Made by a program: the position numbers and the translations under genes
Assembly (NCBI GenBank): GCA_963717295.1
Contig: OY970330.1
Span: 5,227,717-5,291,716, forward strand
DNA length: 64,000 nt
Direction: 5' to 3'
Origin: Thermoanaerobaculaceae bacterium
Lineage (GTDB): Bacteria; Acidobacteriota; Thermoanaerobaculia; Multivoradales; UBA5704
The notes under the pieces: model-generated
Seen by the model: the letters and a program-made list of their open reading frames with translations, nothing else
Told to the model about the DNA's origin: nothing
Databases searched by the model: none
Shown here: in pieces, positions 21,968-30,465 of the stretch
Numbering within the stretch: position 1 is the stretch's first letter
How the letters are laid out: each line of letters begins with the position of its first letter

Positions 21968-23374
21968 TTACTGGAAGTAGCCGGTGACGTCGAGGAGCAA
22001 CTGGAGAGGGCGGGAGCTTGTGGTGTTCTTCACCGCGAGGGTGCCGGTGCCGGAGGAGGCGAGCATGAGGACGGCGTTATTGGCGCGGGTCTGGCCGGTG
22101 GCGAAGCTCAGAGTCGAGGTGTTGGGAACCAGGGCGTTGCCAGGGAAAAAGACGACGGCGCCGGTCTGCGGTGCCCCGACCACGGTGACGTTGACCGCCA
22201 CCGCCTTGGCGGTGGCCGGGATGCCGCAACGCCCGGTCACCGTGATCACCCGCTGGCTGCCCGGCGGCAGGGGCGGGCCGCCATAGGGACCGCTCGCGTT
22301 GCGGGTGTCCAGGATCCGGCAGGGGGTCACGGTATAGAGCTTGCCCGGCCCGGCCGAGGTGGCGACCGCCGGCTGCCAGCCGAGCTGGACCACCTCGAAG
22401 TCGCTCGCTTTGAGGCTGCCGAAGGCCGGATTCAGGACGCCGTTGTCCCAGCGCGGGTCGTAGACCCCCTGAATGTACATGTCACTGCCGTTGTCGGCGA
22501 CGATCAGGCCATAGGTCTTCATCGCCTGGAAAATCTTCTGCACGTAGGCGGGGAAGCCCGAGATGTCCTTGCCGGCCTTGAGGCGCAGGCGGGTCCCCAT
22601 GGGCAGCGCCCCGACGGTCGAGCCGGCATCGTGCGAGGCGGGGTAGACGTAGTGGTAGGTCGAGCGCACCGTGAAGCGGAAGGCGTGGCGGATGGGATTG
22701 GGGCCGAAAGCCTCGTCGTAGCGGATGAGGCCGGGGAGGATGGCCAGCCCCGCGGCGTCGGCGCTGGTCCAGGTGTCGGGCCGCCGGGCGTTGCCGTCCA
22801 AGGAGAAGATGGCCCCCGACCCCGCCTCCCAGTGATCGACGTTCCAGTGGGTATGATAAAGCTCGTAGAGAATACGGTTGTCGCGGTCGACGATCAGCAT
22901 GTGGTGATCGCCGGAGGACCCGCCGCCCGGGTCGCCGCTCTCGATCCACTTGCCCTGCGTCCGCGCCGCGACCGGGATGGGGTAGCCCCCCGGCCGCCCA
23001 GGGGCGCCGTGGTCGCTCTGGTCGTCGAACTCGACGAAGGTCACCGTCTCGAGCGCCTGGGTGCCAGGCACGGAGGAGTAGGGGAAGCCGTAGATGTCGG
23101 TCGAGTTGGGGTCCCCTGGACTGACGTCACCCCCGAAGTCGGGATGGAGCCCCCGGGTCGAGCCGATGAAGCTGATGAAGCTGGCGCTGCTCGGGTCGAG
23201 CGGAGCGCCGCTTACGTCGACGTTCCACCAGTTGTCCGGCGGAAAGAGGGGAGAAAGGGCCGAAAGATCCGGTTGCTGCAGGATCTGAGCCGAGGCGGAG
23301 GCCGCGAGCAGCACGAAGACAAAGATGAAGCGGATGCTTCGGATGGCGACGCTCGACCGCAAGCTCGCGGACAT
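21968..23374 (-). CDS. secreted hypothetical protein with C-terminal beta-sandwich-like domain
   Basis: 468 aa with signal peptide. The C-terminal ~110 aa (PCRILDTR...VAVNVTVVGAPQTGAVVFFPGNA...DVTGYF) is a recurring domain seen at the ends of secreted proteins. Confidence 0.55.
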   Translation of the reverse strand: MSASLRSSVAIRSIRFIFVFVLLAASASAQILQQPDLSALSPLFPPDNWWNVDVSGAPLDPSSASFISFIGSTRGLHPDFGGDVSPGDPNSTDIYGFPYSSVPGTQALETVTFVEFDDQSDHGAPGRPGGYPIPVAARTQGKWIESGDPGGGSSGDHHMLIVDRDNRILYELYHTHWNVDHWEAGSGAIFSLDGNARRPDTWTSADAAGLAILPGLIRYDEAFGPNPIRHAFRFTVRSTYHYVYPASHDAGSTVGALPMGTRLRLKAGKDISGFPAYVQKIFQAMKTYGLIVADNGSDMYIQGVYDPRWDNGVLNPAFGSLKASDFEVVQLGWQPAVATSAGPGKLYTVTPCRILDTRNASGPYGGPPLPPGSQRVITVTGRCGIPATAKAVAVNVTVVGAPQTGAVVFFPGNALVPNTSTLSFATGQTRANNAVLMLASSGTGTLAVKNTTSSRPLQLLLDVTGYFQ

Positions 23375-23495
23375 GGAAACCCTCCCCAGGACATTCTCCT
23401 ATTGAAGACAGCGTATGTTAGCACGGGCGTGGGGGTCTTGCGCGTCTCTCGGACCCTAGGTGACCCCAGGCGCGGGCTTTCCCTGGGCGCCATTC

Positions 23496-23849
23496 TCATT
23501 CCTTGCGCCGATAAACCCAGGCCTTCAGCGCCTCCAGATTCAGGGGCTCGGGAGCGTCGAGGCGTATGGGCCTTACGCAGATGTCATGATCCGGAAAGCT
23601 CGCCGCGACCTCGCCCTCGATGTCCATGGATGTTTCAAATTCATCATCTCCGATTTCGCCGTCAAAAAAGAGATTGGCCCAGATGCTTCTATCCTCCCAG
23701 CCCACGGTTACGCCCCGAAGATGGCTGGTGACCATCCCAAGCAGTGAAACCTGAAACGCGAGGAGCACTCCTTGCCGAAAATCTACGTCCTCATCCGTCA
23801 TTCGATGACCTCCAGGTCCCAGGGCCGCGCCCGGTTTCCAAAATGCCAC
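23496..23849 (-). CDS. acidic hypothetical protein (likely start at 23801, MTDEDVD...)
   Basis: ~100-aa acidic ORF (FFDGEIGDDEFETSMDIEGE) in lower-GC island. No recognisable domain. Confidence 0.3.
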   Translation of the reverse strand: MAFWKPGAALGPGGHRMTDEDVDFRQGVLLAFQVSLLGMVTSHLRGVTVGWEDRSIWANLFFDGEIGDDEFETSMDIEGEVAASFPDHDICVRPIRLDAPEPLNLEALKAWVYRRKE

Positions 23850-23956
23850 TCTGCATCCGGAAACTGATCGAGTGCGTCATTGAGAATGCTCTCGACTATG
23901 GCTCATGGGCGCGACCTCAAGCCCGTCAACAGCTCGTACACAGAGCTCCACTCCCC

Positions 23957-24110
23957 TTACCTTAGCGCGGCAAGGCCCAACTGAATCGCGTTTTCGACGG
24001 TTTCATACTCCTCTTCGGCATCGAACTCCGGGTGTCCGCCACCCTGCCGCCCTCCACGGAAACGATGACGTAGTGTAGGACAATCCCGGCCACGCGTGCT
24101 CGCGGTCGAC
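23957..24110 (-). pseudogene. 3' fragment of a JAMM/MPN (Mec+-like) gene, paralogous to 34574-35038
   Basis: ~83 bp (24038-24120) nearly identical to 34661-34743 and encoding ..YVIVSVEGGRVADTR... A divergent, frame-shifted C-terminus (PEFDAEEEYETVENAIQLG versus RERFEEEEIVSG) follows. Confidence 0.5.
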
Positions 24111-24401
24111 GGAATCGAGCTGATGGATCCGGGCAAGCGCCGCGACCGGTTGACCGTCTGGCTGGCAGGTGAGCTTCCGGCACGGTTCGCCGGGCGCATT
24201 CTCGACGTCGACTCTCGCATTGCCGACGCCTGGGGAGTCGTCATGGCTCGTGGACAAAAAGCTGGACTGAATCTGAGATCCATGGACGCCTTCTTCGCAG
24301 CCACCGCGGAGGTCCACCGGTTGACACTGGTTACCCGCAATGTCGAGCACTTCAAAGAGTTGGGCACTCCTCTCGTGAATCCGTGGCAAGGAAGCTCATA
24401 A
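24111..24401 (+). pseudogene. VapC (PIN-domain toxin) C-terminal two-thirds, no N-terminus and no vapB
   Basis: GIELMDPGKRRDRLTVWLAGELPARFAGRILDVDSRIADAWGVVMARGQKAGLNLRSMDAFFAATAEVHRLTLVTRNVEHFKELGTPLVNPW aligns to VapC residues ~45-130. Directly abuts the JAMM fragment. Confidence 0.55.
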
Positions 24402-24408
24402 CAGGGAC

Positions 24409-24924
24409 ATGAGGCTGGCCCAAAAAATTCAGTCGTTCGCCGACCGGAGCGATGCCTTGTTGGACGAGCTGGAGGCGATGGAGCCCGGCAAGCTCCACGC
24501 CAGGCCTCTGCCGGGAAAGTGGACCATCCTGGAGATCGTCGAGCACATCGTCCTGGCGGAACGGGTGGTCCTCCAAGGGCTCCCCGAGCCCTCCCAGCTT
24601 CAGGCCGTCAAGCCCGGCCTGAAGGACCGCGTCCGCTATCTGCTCGTCCTGTTCGTCTTGAGGGCCAACATCCCTGTGGGAGTCGGCTCCCCGGCAGGCA
24701 ACCGGGACCTGGCCGAGCTTCGCGGCCTCTGGAACGAAGACAAGGCCTGGGTGTTGGCCTACGTCACCCGCTTCGGATCCCGGGGTCTCAAAAGAGCCAT
24801 CCTGCACCACCCCGTGACCGGCCCGATCAACGTCAAGCAAGCCATCACTCTGAGCCGAGCCCACCTCGACCGGCACATCCGTCAAATCCGAAGGCTTCAG
24901 CGGCTTACCACACCAGTCTTCTAA
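24409..24924 (+). CDS. DinB/YfiT-like (DinB_2) putative metal-dependent hydrolase
   Basis: 171 aa with the DinB_2 pattern GKWTILEIVEHIVLAER. The ORF ends ...LQRLTTPVF immediately before the hairpin agtcttctaataagact (24914-24935). Confidence 0.55.
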   Translation: MRLAQKIQSFADRSDALLDELEAMEPGKLHARPLPGKWTILEIVEHIVLAERVVLQGLPEPSQLQAVKPGLKDRVRYLLVLFVLRANIPVGVGSPAGNRDLAELRGLWNEDKAWVLAYVTRFGSRGLKRAILHHPVTGPINVKQAITLSRAHLDRHIRQIRRLQRLTTPVF

Positions 24925-24960
24925 TAAGACTCTGGCTCCCTACGCTAAGCTGCCCCTCAG

Positions 24961-25235
24961 ATATCTGGGGATGACGGCTCGTATCCATAGATACGGTCCA
25001 TATCTGGGAACGATGGCTCATATCCACAGATACGGCCCATATCCCCGGATGACAGTCCATCATCTCCAGACACGCGGCATATCTGGGGATGACAGCTCGT
25101 ATCCACAGATACAATCCACATCTCGGGGCGATGGCTCATATCCCCAGATACGGCCCATATCCGCGGATGACAGGCCATCATCTCCAGATACGCGGCATAT
25201 CTGGGGATGATGGCGTATATCCCCAGACAATGGCC
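24961..25235 (+). repeat. tandem array of seven 39-40-bp degenerate repeats (organised as a ~118-bp unit x2.3)
   Basis: Units ATATCTGGGGATGACGGCTCGTATCCATAGATACGGTCC / ...GGGAACGATGGCTCATATCCACAGATACGGCCC / ATATCCCCGGATGACAGTCCATCATCTCCAGACACGCGGC repeat in the same order. Contiguous, with no unique spacers. Confidence 0.75.
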
Positions 25236-25240
25236 AAATC

Positions 25241-26290
25241 GCACGCCGCTACCAAAGCCGCGCGCAGAGCGTTCTACGAAATCTACGCCGCCTTCGTCGG
25301 CGCCTTCCGGGAGGCGTCCGAGCGGTTGAGGCGAGGAGAGCGGGGCGCGCCGTTTCCTGCCGGATGCTTCCCGCCGGCTTTACCGTTTGTGGCTGGCTAG
25401 AGGGAGCGGGACAAGGTTCTTTGACAGTCGCATTGCCCGCTGGAGGGGCCATGTCGCTGAGCTCGGTTGCTCGCTTAGGGAAAAGTGTGCCCTTTTCACC
25501 CATGAAGAATCGTTCTCAGAGGCTTTGGCCGCCAGTTTGTTTGCCCGACGGCCTCCAAGAAAACGCGGCCTACCACGCCTACAGCGGCCTACCACGCCAG
25601 TCTTCTAATAAGACTCTGGCTCCTATTTCGGCGCAACCGACAACTTGGAGTTTGCCGCCCGCCTTCGCGGTAAAGATGTCGGACCGATTCGCTATGCCAC
25701 GGTCGAGACGGTAACTTTTTCTCCCATACCTTGCTGGGCCCATCTGTCGCCTGAAGTCTATCGGGCCCGGAACGTGGAGATGGTCGAATCCATCGAGGCC
25801 GAAGCTGCGCGGGAAAGAGAACGCACCGGCGCCTGCGTGCTCGGAGCCAAAGCCATTCTTGCCAGCGATCCGCTCCATCGCCCATCCTCCTTGGCCCGAT
25901 CGCCAGCACCTTGCGTCCACGCCGCCACAAAGGCTGCAAGGAGAGCGTTCTACGAAATCTACGCCGCTTTCGTCGGGGCCTTTCGGGAGGCGTCAGAGCG
26001 TCTGAGGCGCGGCGACCGCAACGCACCCTTCCCCGCCGGCAGCTTCCCGCCAGCCCTACCTTTCGTCGCTGGATAGAGGCATCGCCGATGCTCTTTGACA
26101 GTTTCACCGCCCACCGGAGGGCCAGATTCCGAGGCGAAGGCCCGCGAAAGGGGGAACGTGTATCCGGTCAGGCTCTCTTGAGAGGTTTCCAGAGCACCAA
26201 ACTGCCCCCGGCCAAGTTTCGAACCAGCCCAATGGGGCTGGCCTTCAGGAAGTCACTGGCACTTGTTTGGCCGGGCCTGCAGCGGACGGC
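25241..26290 (+). repeat. copies B (25241-25590) and C (25911-26290) of the conserved 3'-coding module plus trailer, separated by a second copy of the hairpin repeat (25591-25622)
   Basis: Both encode ...AATKAARRAFYEIYAAFVGAFREASERLRRG(E/D)R.APFPAG.FPPALPFVAG-stop. DNA differences between copies are mostly synonymous. Copy C retains ~90 upstream codons (MEFAARLRGKDVGPIRYATVETVTFSPIPCW...). Confidence 0.6.
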
Positions 26291-26386
26291 TAACGCCTCA
26301 CGCTGAGGCGCTCAAACATAGAGCTATCAACCCAAAGTTGAAGCGGCAGCCCAAAGAATAGGCCCTCGCATGATCGCTATCAAGCC

Positions 26387-27085
26387 TCAATGTGGCGCCT
26401 TTGAGGGCAGTACAGTCGTCGCTTTGCTTGTATTCTGGCGTACCACTCTGAATGTAATAGAATCCAGAGACACCCAGCTTGGGTTGCCTTGCTCAAGGAT
26501 GACCTCGCCACTACTCAAGATGTCGACACGACCGTACGCATTCGGATAAGTCGAAACTACAAACAATTGACGGAAATTCGGTCGATAATCGATTGGCAAC
26601 GTAAAAATCGCACCACCCCTCCCTTCCACAAGACCTCGTAGATGAACCAGCCCGAATGAGTCTTTGAAAAAACTAGGAGGGTTATAGGGGGTCTCGCTAT
26701 TTTTTTCATAAGGCTTCCACCCTTGGGCAAGTTGAGGAGCGATCCAATCATCGTCAAGCTTGAGATCTTTAAGCCTCTTAGCCGCTTGGTCTCTATAAGT
26801 GCTCACGGCGTCGGAGTCCTCCTTCACACGAGTCAAGGCGCGATTGGCTTCCTCGACATATCCCTGGCCAATTGAGGATCTGACAGCCTCGGCTGCAGCC
26901 GTTTTGGCTTGACTCTTTATCATCTGGGAAATACCAAGCGCGCCAGCCAGGGAAAGAACCAACGCCACAAACGCAAGGACCCCAATGGACTGATTACGCG
27001 CTTTCTCGGCCTCGCTCCTAGCTTCATCCTTCGCCTTCGTGACCTCACGTTCAATCGCTAGCTGGATTTCTGGCAATATGTCCAT
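26387..27085 (-). CDS. hypothetical single-pass membrane protein with coiled-coil region
   Basis: 232 aa, TM helix IGVLAFVALVLSLAGALGI. Lower GC. Same strand as, and downstream of, the Shedu-like gene. Confidence 0.45.
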   Translation of the reverse strand: MDILPEIQLAIEREVTKAKDEARSEAEKARNQSIGVLAFVALVLSLAGALGISQMIKSQAKTAAAEAVRSSIGQGYVEEANRALTRVKEDSDAVSTYRDQAAKRLKDLKLDDDWIAPQLAQGWKPYEKNSETPYNPPSFFKDSFGLVHLRGLVEGRGGAIFTLPIDYRPNFRQLFVVSTYPNAYGRVDILSSGEVILEQGNPSWVSLDSITFRVVRQNTSKATTVLPSKAPH

Positions 27086-27247
27086 TCATCCTCCAGTATT
27101 TTCTGCGGCCAACGCTGTGGCGGCTCAGCGCGCGGCGCCAGCTGTCCGCTGGAGCCGCTTGGTTGGCCGAATCAAGGTCGCCTGCTCGCACATATGGCTA
27201 TGGCTCCACTGCGCTGCCTTTCTCCCACTCTATAAGGGGCCCACCGG

Positions 27248-28306
27248 CTAGCCCACAGAGCCGAGCCTTCGCATCCACCCTTCAAGTAAGGCATCGTACG
27301 TCATGATTGTGATTCCATTGAGGCTGTTATTCATCTCGTCGAGCCGGATTCGATCACCAAGTGAAAGGTCCGCTCGTCTGCCGGCTATTATTCTGAAAGA
27401 GCAAGACAACCGCTCATGCATTACGCTGCTCAACATCTCGGAATATAAGCCAGAGAGGCTTCTCGTTGATCTTATTTTTCTCGACGCTGCTAGATCTTCC
27501 GTCATGAAGGACTCCACCGTGTGCCTGAAGTACTCGCCATTGCGCGAATGCCATGCCTTCCAGTCTTGAACCTGTCGGAGAGCATGCGTTAAAACCGCCG
27601 CAGGATCGCCTGCTTTCGTAAAGAGCTTACGCGACGGTTTCTCCAGCTCTATCAAGGTCGCGTGGATTCCCACGTCGTTTGTCCAAGTGCGATAGCCAAG
27701 CACCACAAAGTCCGTGACGAAGCTGTTTCCTAAGGGACACTTACTGAGAGCATATCCTCCTTCGTAGAATAGATCTAGAAGAAATGCGTTTGACCATAGA
27801 AATCTGTGAACTTCTTCTTCTGAGCCTTGCAAGCAACGATCAAGCTCCATGAGTACGGACCTGATGCGACGAGCGCTGGCCGTCTCCTCGTCCTCCATCT
27901 CGTCGAGGTAGGTGACCATATCGCCCGCAGCTTTAGATGTGATGTGTTGCATGTACCGACGCTTACGCGGCCGATTATCGAGCACATCGTCGGACCAAAC
28001 GGCGATTTTTACATCCTCCCTCGAACCGCCACTCGGTAAATAAGAATCAAGCAGACGCCCCCTCGATACTAGGCAATATGAATCGATCACTCTGACGTCG
28101 TAGGCGCGACACAACAGCGGGCTGTCCTCGATGTAAGCGATGAAGAACGACCATCTTATGCGCATCAACTCGGCTAAGCGGCGGTTCGTTGACTCGTGGA
28201 GGGAAGATGTACGTCGCTCGGTGAAGAAGATAAGCGCCGTCTCCACATCTTCCAGTTGGGTTTCAAAGGTCGCGTCGTTCAGCACTTTGAATTCGGTTAG
28301 AGTCAC
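27248..28306 (-). CDS. Shedu-like protein (DUF4263 PD-(D/E)xK nuclease domain)
   Basis: 352 aa, GTG start 28304-28306. C-terminal core ...GNSFVTDFVVLGYRTWTNDVGIHATLIELEKPSRKLFTKAGDPAAVLTHALRQVQDWKAW matches the DUF4263 pattern (D...E-x-K...Q..W). Confidence 0.6.
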   Translation of the reverse strand: MTLTEFKVLNDATFETQLEDVETALIFFTERRTSSLHESTNRRLAELMRIRWSFFIAYIEDSPLLCRAYDVRVIDSYCLVSRGRLLDSYLPSGGSREDVKIAVWSDDVLDNRPRKRRYMQHITSKAAGDMVTYLDEMEDEETASARRIRSVLMELDRCLQGSEEEVHRFLWSNAFLLDLFYEGGYALSKCPLGNSFVTDFVVLGYRTWTNDVGIHATLIELEKPSRKLFTKAGDPAAVLTHALRQVQDWKAWHSRNGEYFRHTVESFMTEDLAASRKIRSTRSLSGLYSEMLSSVMHERLSCSFRIIAGRRADLSLGDRIRLDEMNNSLNGITIMTYDALLEGWMRRLGSVG

Positions 28307-28509
28307 GGTTACGCCTATCCTATCCTAGTGTATGTTCGGCAACGTCACCAGCAGTGATCATAGCCTGACGATCGAGCGGGCCCGGACACTGGCGGCTTTG
28401 CCTTCACCAAGCTCGACTTTTCTTCGTCGGCCAACGCTCGAAGCTAACCGGCGGGATCGTGCGATAGCACGGTATCCGTCCGTTTGAGCGCAGGGGTTGA
28501 ACGACGCTC

Positions 28510-29517
28510 TTACGGAGCAAGCTTTAGGAAAAAGTCATTCATCTGAGTCTCCAAAATTTCTGCAGGTTCCTCCCCTCTGGCCTTCATTCGGATCATCTCC
28601 TTAAGATCTCCGTCTGAAAGAAACAGAATCATGGTTTCGGATATCATCCATGCCCGTCGACGAGCTCTCACCGCAGACGTAGAGGGAGCGTGTCGGCTAC
28701 AAAGAAACCCGAAGGCGCGCCGAGCCTTAGGGTAAAGATATTGCTGAAGTGACTCGACTTCTGTTTGACTAATCGGATCAGTGTAGTTTTTAAACTCAGC
28801 CACGAGCAACCGAGAAGAGTGCTGATACTTAATGCTATCCCAGAAGAGGCTGCCAGGCCCGATAGGAAATATGGCATCTCGTCGGTCAAGGCCGTCCTCC
28901 GACCAGTTCTGAATCTTTGGTGGGCGCAGGTGGGGAGAGAAGGTGAAAGATAGGATATCTATGCAGACACGCTCATACTCCGTGGCCCCACCTCTTCCTG
29001 GGCTGATAGCCTCAAGCCGCTGGATCAAACTCTCCCCCTCACCAACTTCCGACCGACGACTCGAAGCATCCTCAGCGACCTCCTCCAATAGCTTCTGCGC
29101 TTGAAAAATCTTATGGAGGTTCTGTCGAACTGATTCGTGTTTTGCGATCAGGCTCTCTAACTTAGGAGCATCCCATACCTCTAGACCAGAGGGTAGGCGT
29201 GCTTCCTCTTGCACACGAAGCTCAAGAGGCACCGAGAGCATCAAGAGAGCCCGATCGGCACCTTGAAGTGCCATGCCCCGGAGAAGCTCATCAACAATGC
29301 TCTGGAGCATGGCGGGAGAGGATAGTCTGCGCTTGAGTAACTTGACTTGGACGACCCAATGTTGACCTTCGGGAGCGTCAAACTTCCAGTCCACTCCCCG
29401 GTCAGCTCCTCCAGGATTACCAAGCTGCCTGATATTCAGAAATCCCTCAGCCGCAAGTACGCTGCCGCAGAGTATCTCAAACTGCCGCCAATCGAGTTTC
29501 TGGAAGTCGTAGTTCAT
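28510..29517 (-). CDS. two-domain nuclease-like protein: N-terminal Mrr-cat restriction-endonuclease fold plus C-terminal PD-(D/E)xK-like region
   Basis: DWRQFEILCGSVLAAEGF...GGADRGVDWKF...HWVVQVKLLK matches the Mrr_cat pattern. C-terminal D...LLVAEFKNY resembles a second REase-like core. ATG 29515-29517. Confidence 0.55.
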   Translation of the reverse strand: MNYDFQKLDWRQFEILCGSVLAAEGFLNIRQLGNPGGADRGVDWKFDAPEGQHWVVQVKLLKRRLSSPAMLQSIVDELLRGMALQGADRALLMLSVPLELRVQEEARLPSGLEVWDAPKLESLIAKHESVRQNLHKIFQAQKLLEEVAEDASSRRSEVGEGESLIQRLEAISPGRGGATEYERVCIDILSFTFSPHLRPPKIQNWSEDGLDRRDAIFPIGPGSLFWDSIKYQHSSRLLVAEFKNYTDPISQTEVESLQQYLYPKARRAFGFLCSRHAPSTSAVRARRRAWMISETMILFLSDGDLKEMIRMKARGEEPAEILETQMNDFFLKLAP

Positions 29518-30098
29518 GGTGTGTGCTAGCGACGTTCAACCTTTAGCTGATCTTATGCGCACCACTCAAGAATGCTTATCGGCGGCCTATCAGGCCGCCT
29601 GAATCTCAAATATGTAGACTCTAAACTGTTCAATCCATTCGGCTTAGATTTTACGCCGATTTCTTAGGCTCGTCAATGCGGCGGCGATCCGTCGTGTGGG
29701 CATCCGGGGCAGCCTTTACGTAGTACTCCATCAAGGATCGTCCTAACTCGTTGAAAGGATGAGACTCAGGCTGGCTTTAGTCGGATAGGCCGACCCGCAA
29801 AAGGCGCTTAGGCGACGGCGCTATACATTCCAGGGCGAGGCGGGAGCGAAGACGGAAGCCATTTATTTCTAGCAGCTTGGAGCGAAGGATGGCGAATAGG
29901 TCGAGGGTGTCGTATAGGTCCGAAGCGGTCGGCTAAGCAGGGCGCTCAAGGAACGCTAAGTACTCCCCACCGTAAGTCACCTGACATATCCTGCCGGAGG
30001 AGTCGGCCGGTGACCCAGCCTATCAGCGAGCATCCTCGACTTCCTTCTCTCTTCGATACCCACGTCCCGGGGACAGACTGACCGTCACGCCGGGCCAA

Positions 30099-30312
30099 AG
30101 GTCCGTGATCCCTCAGCCCAGGCCAACGGCCTGGGTACGCAGACCCCTTGTCGCATAGGGGCGCCCCAACGGGGCGCGATACTTGGCCCCGCACCACGGA
30201 CCCTTGCCGGCAGCCGAATCGATGTCGATGAGGTATCGCGACCCTTCAGGCCGCCTCTGCGGATCGTCTCCCGAACCCAGGCCGTTGGCCTGGGCTCAGG
30301 AATCACGGCCCC
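30099..30312. repeat. MITE-like element: ~48-bp inverted repeats each containing the hairpin cccaggcc-aacg-ggcctggg, flanking ~115 bp
   Basis: 30099-30147 ggtccgtgatccctcagcccaggccaacggcctgggtacgcagacc versus reverse complement of 30262-30312. An internal hairpin gcgcccc-aacg-gggcgc is also present. Confidence 0.45.
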
Positions 30313-30409
30313 TTGGGCCGGCGTGGCACCAGCGCCGACGCGAGTCATCAACCTTTGCGACGATGGAGGCGAGACCCAGGAGGGGCCGGCTGGGGCGGTC
30401 TTGCGGGTC

Positions 30410-30449
30410 TCCCCTCTTCTCCCGGGGGTGGGAAGCCGGGAGAAGAGGG
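30410..30449 (-). terminator. strong hairpin cccctcttctcccgg-gggtgggaag-ccgggagaagagggg 3' of htpG
   Basis: 15-bp perfect stem 17 nt after the htpG stop. Member of a 3-copy hairpin family (also at 55040-55078 and 57722-57775, all ending in GTGATGAGG). Confidence 0.5.
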
Positions 30450-30465
30450 GTAGGAGTGATGAGGC

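Noticed and set aside
24961-25235. CRISPR array
   Set aside because: The repeats are contiguous and degenerate with no unique spacers, and no cas genes are nearby.
24911-25622. Integron attC sites / gene-cassette array (short hairpins after cassette-like ORFs such as DinB_2, TA and SRPBCC genes)
   Set aside because: The stems are only ~6-9 bp, there are no R/L core sites (GTTRRRY) and no intI or attI. The similarity to a cassette array is superficial.
14500-26290. Diversity-generating retroelement (template/variable repeat) to explain the three near-identical C-terminal modules
   Set aside because: Differences between copies are not adenine-specific and are mostly synonymous. There is no reverse transcriptase in the window.
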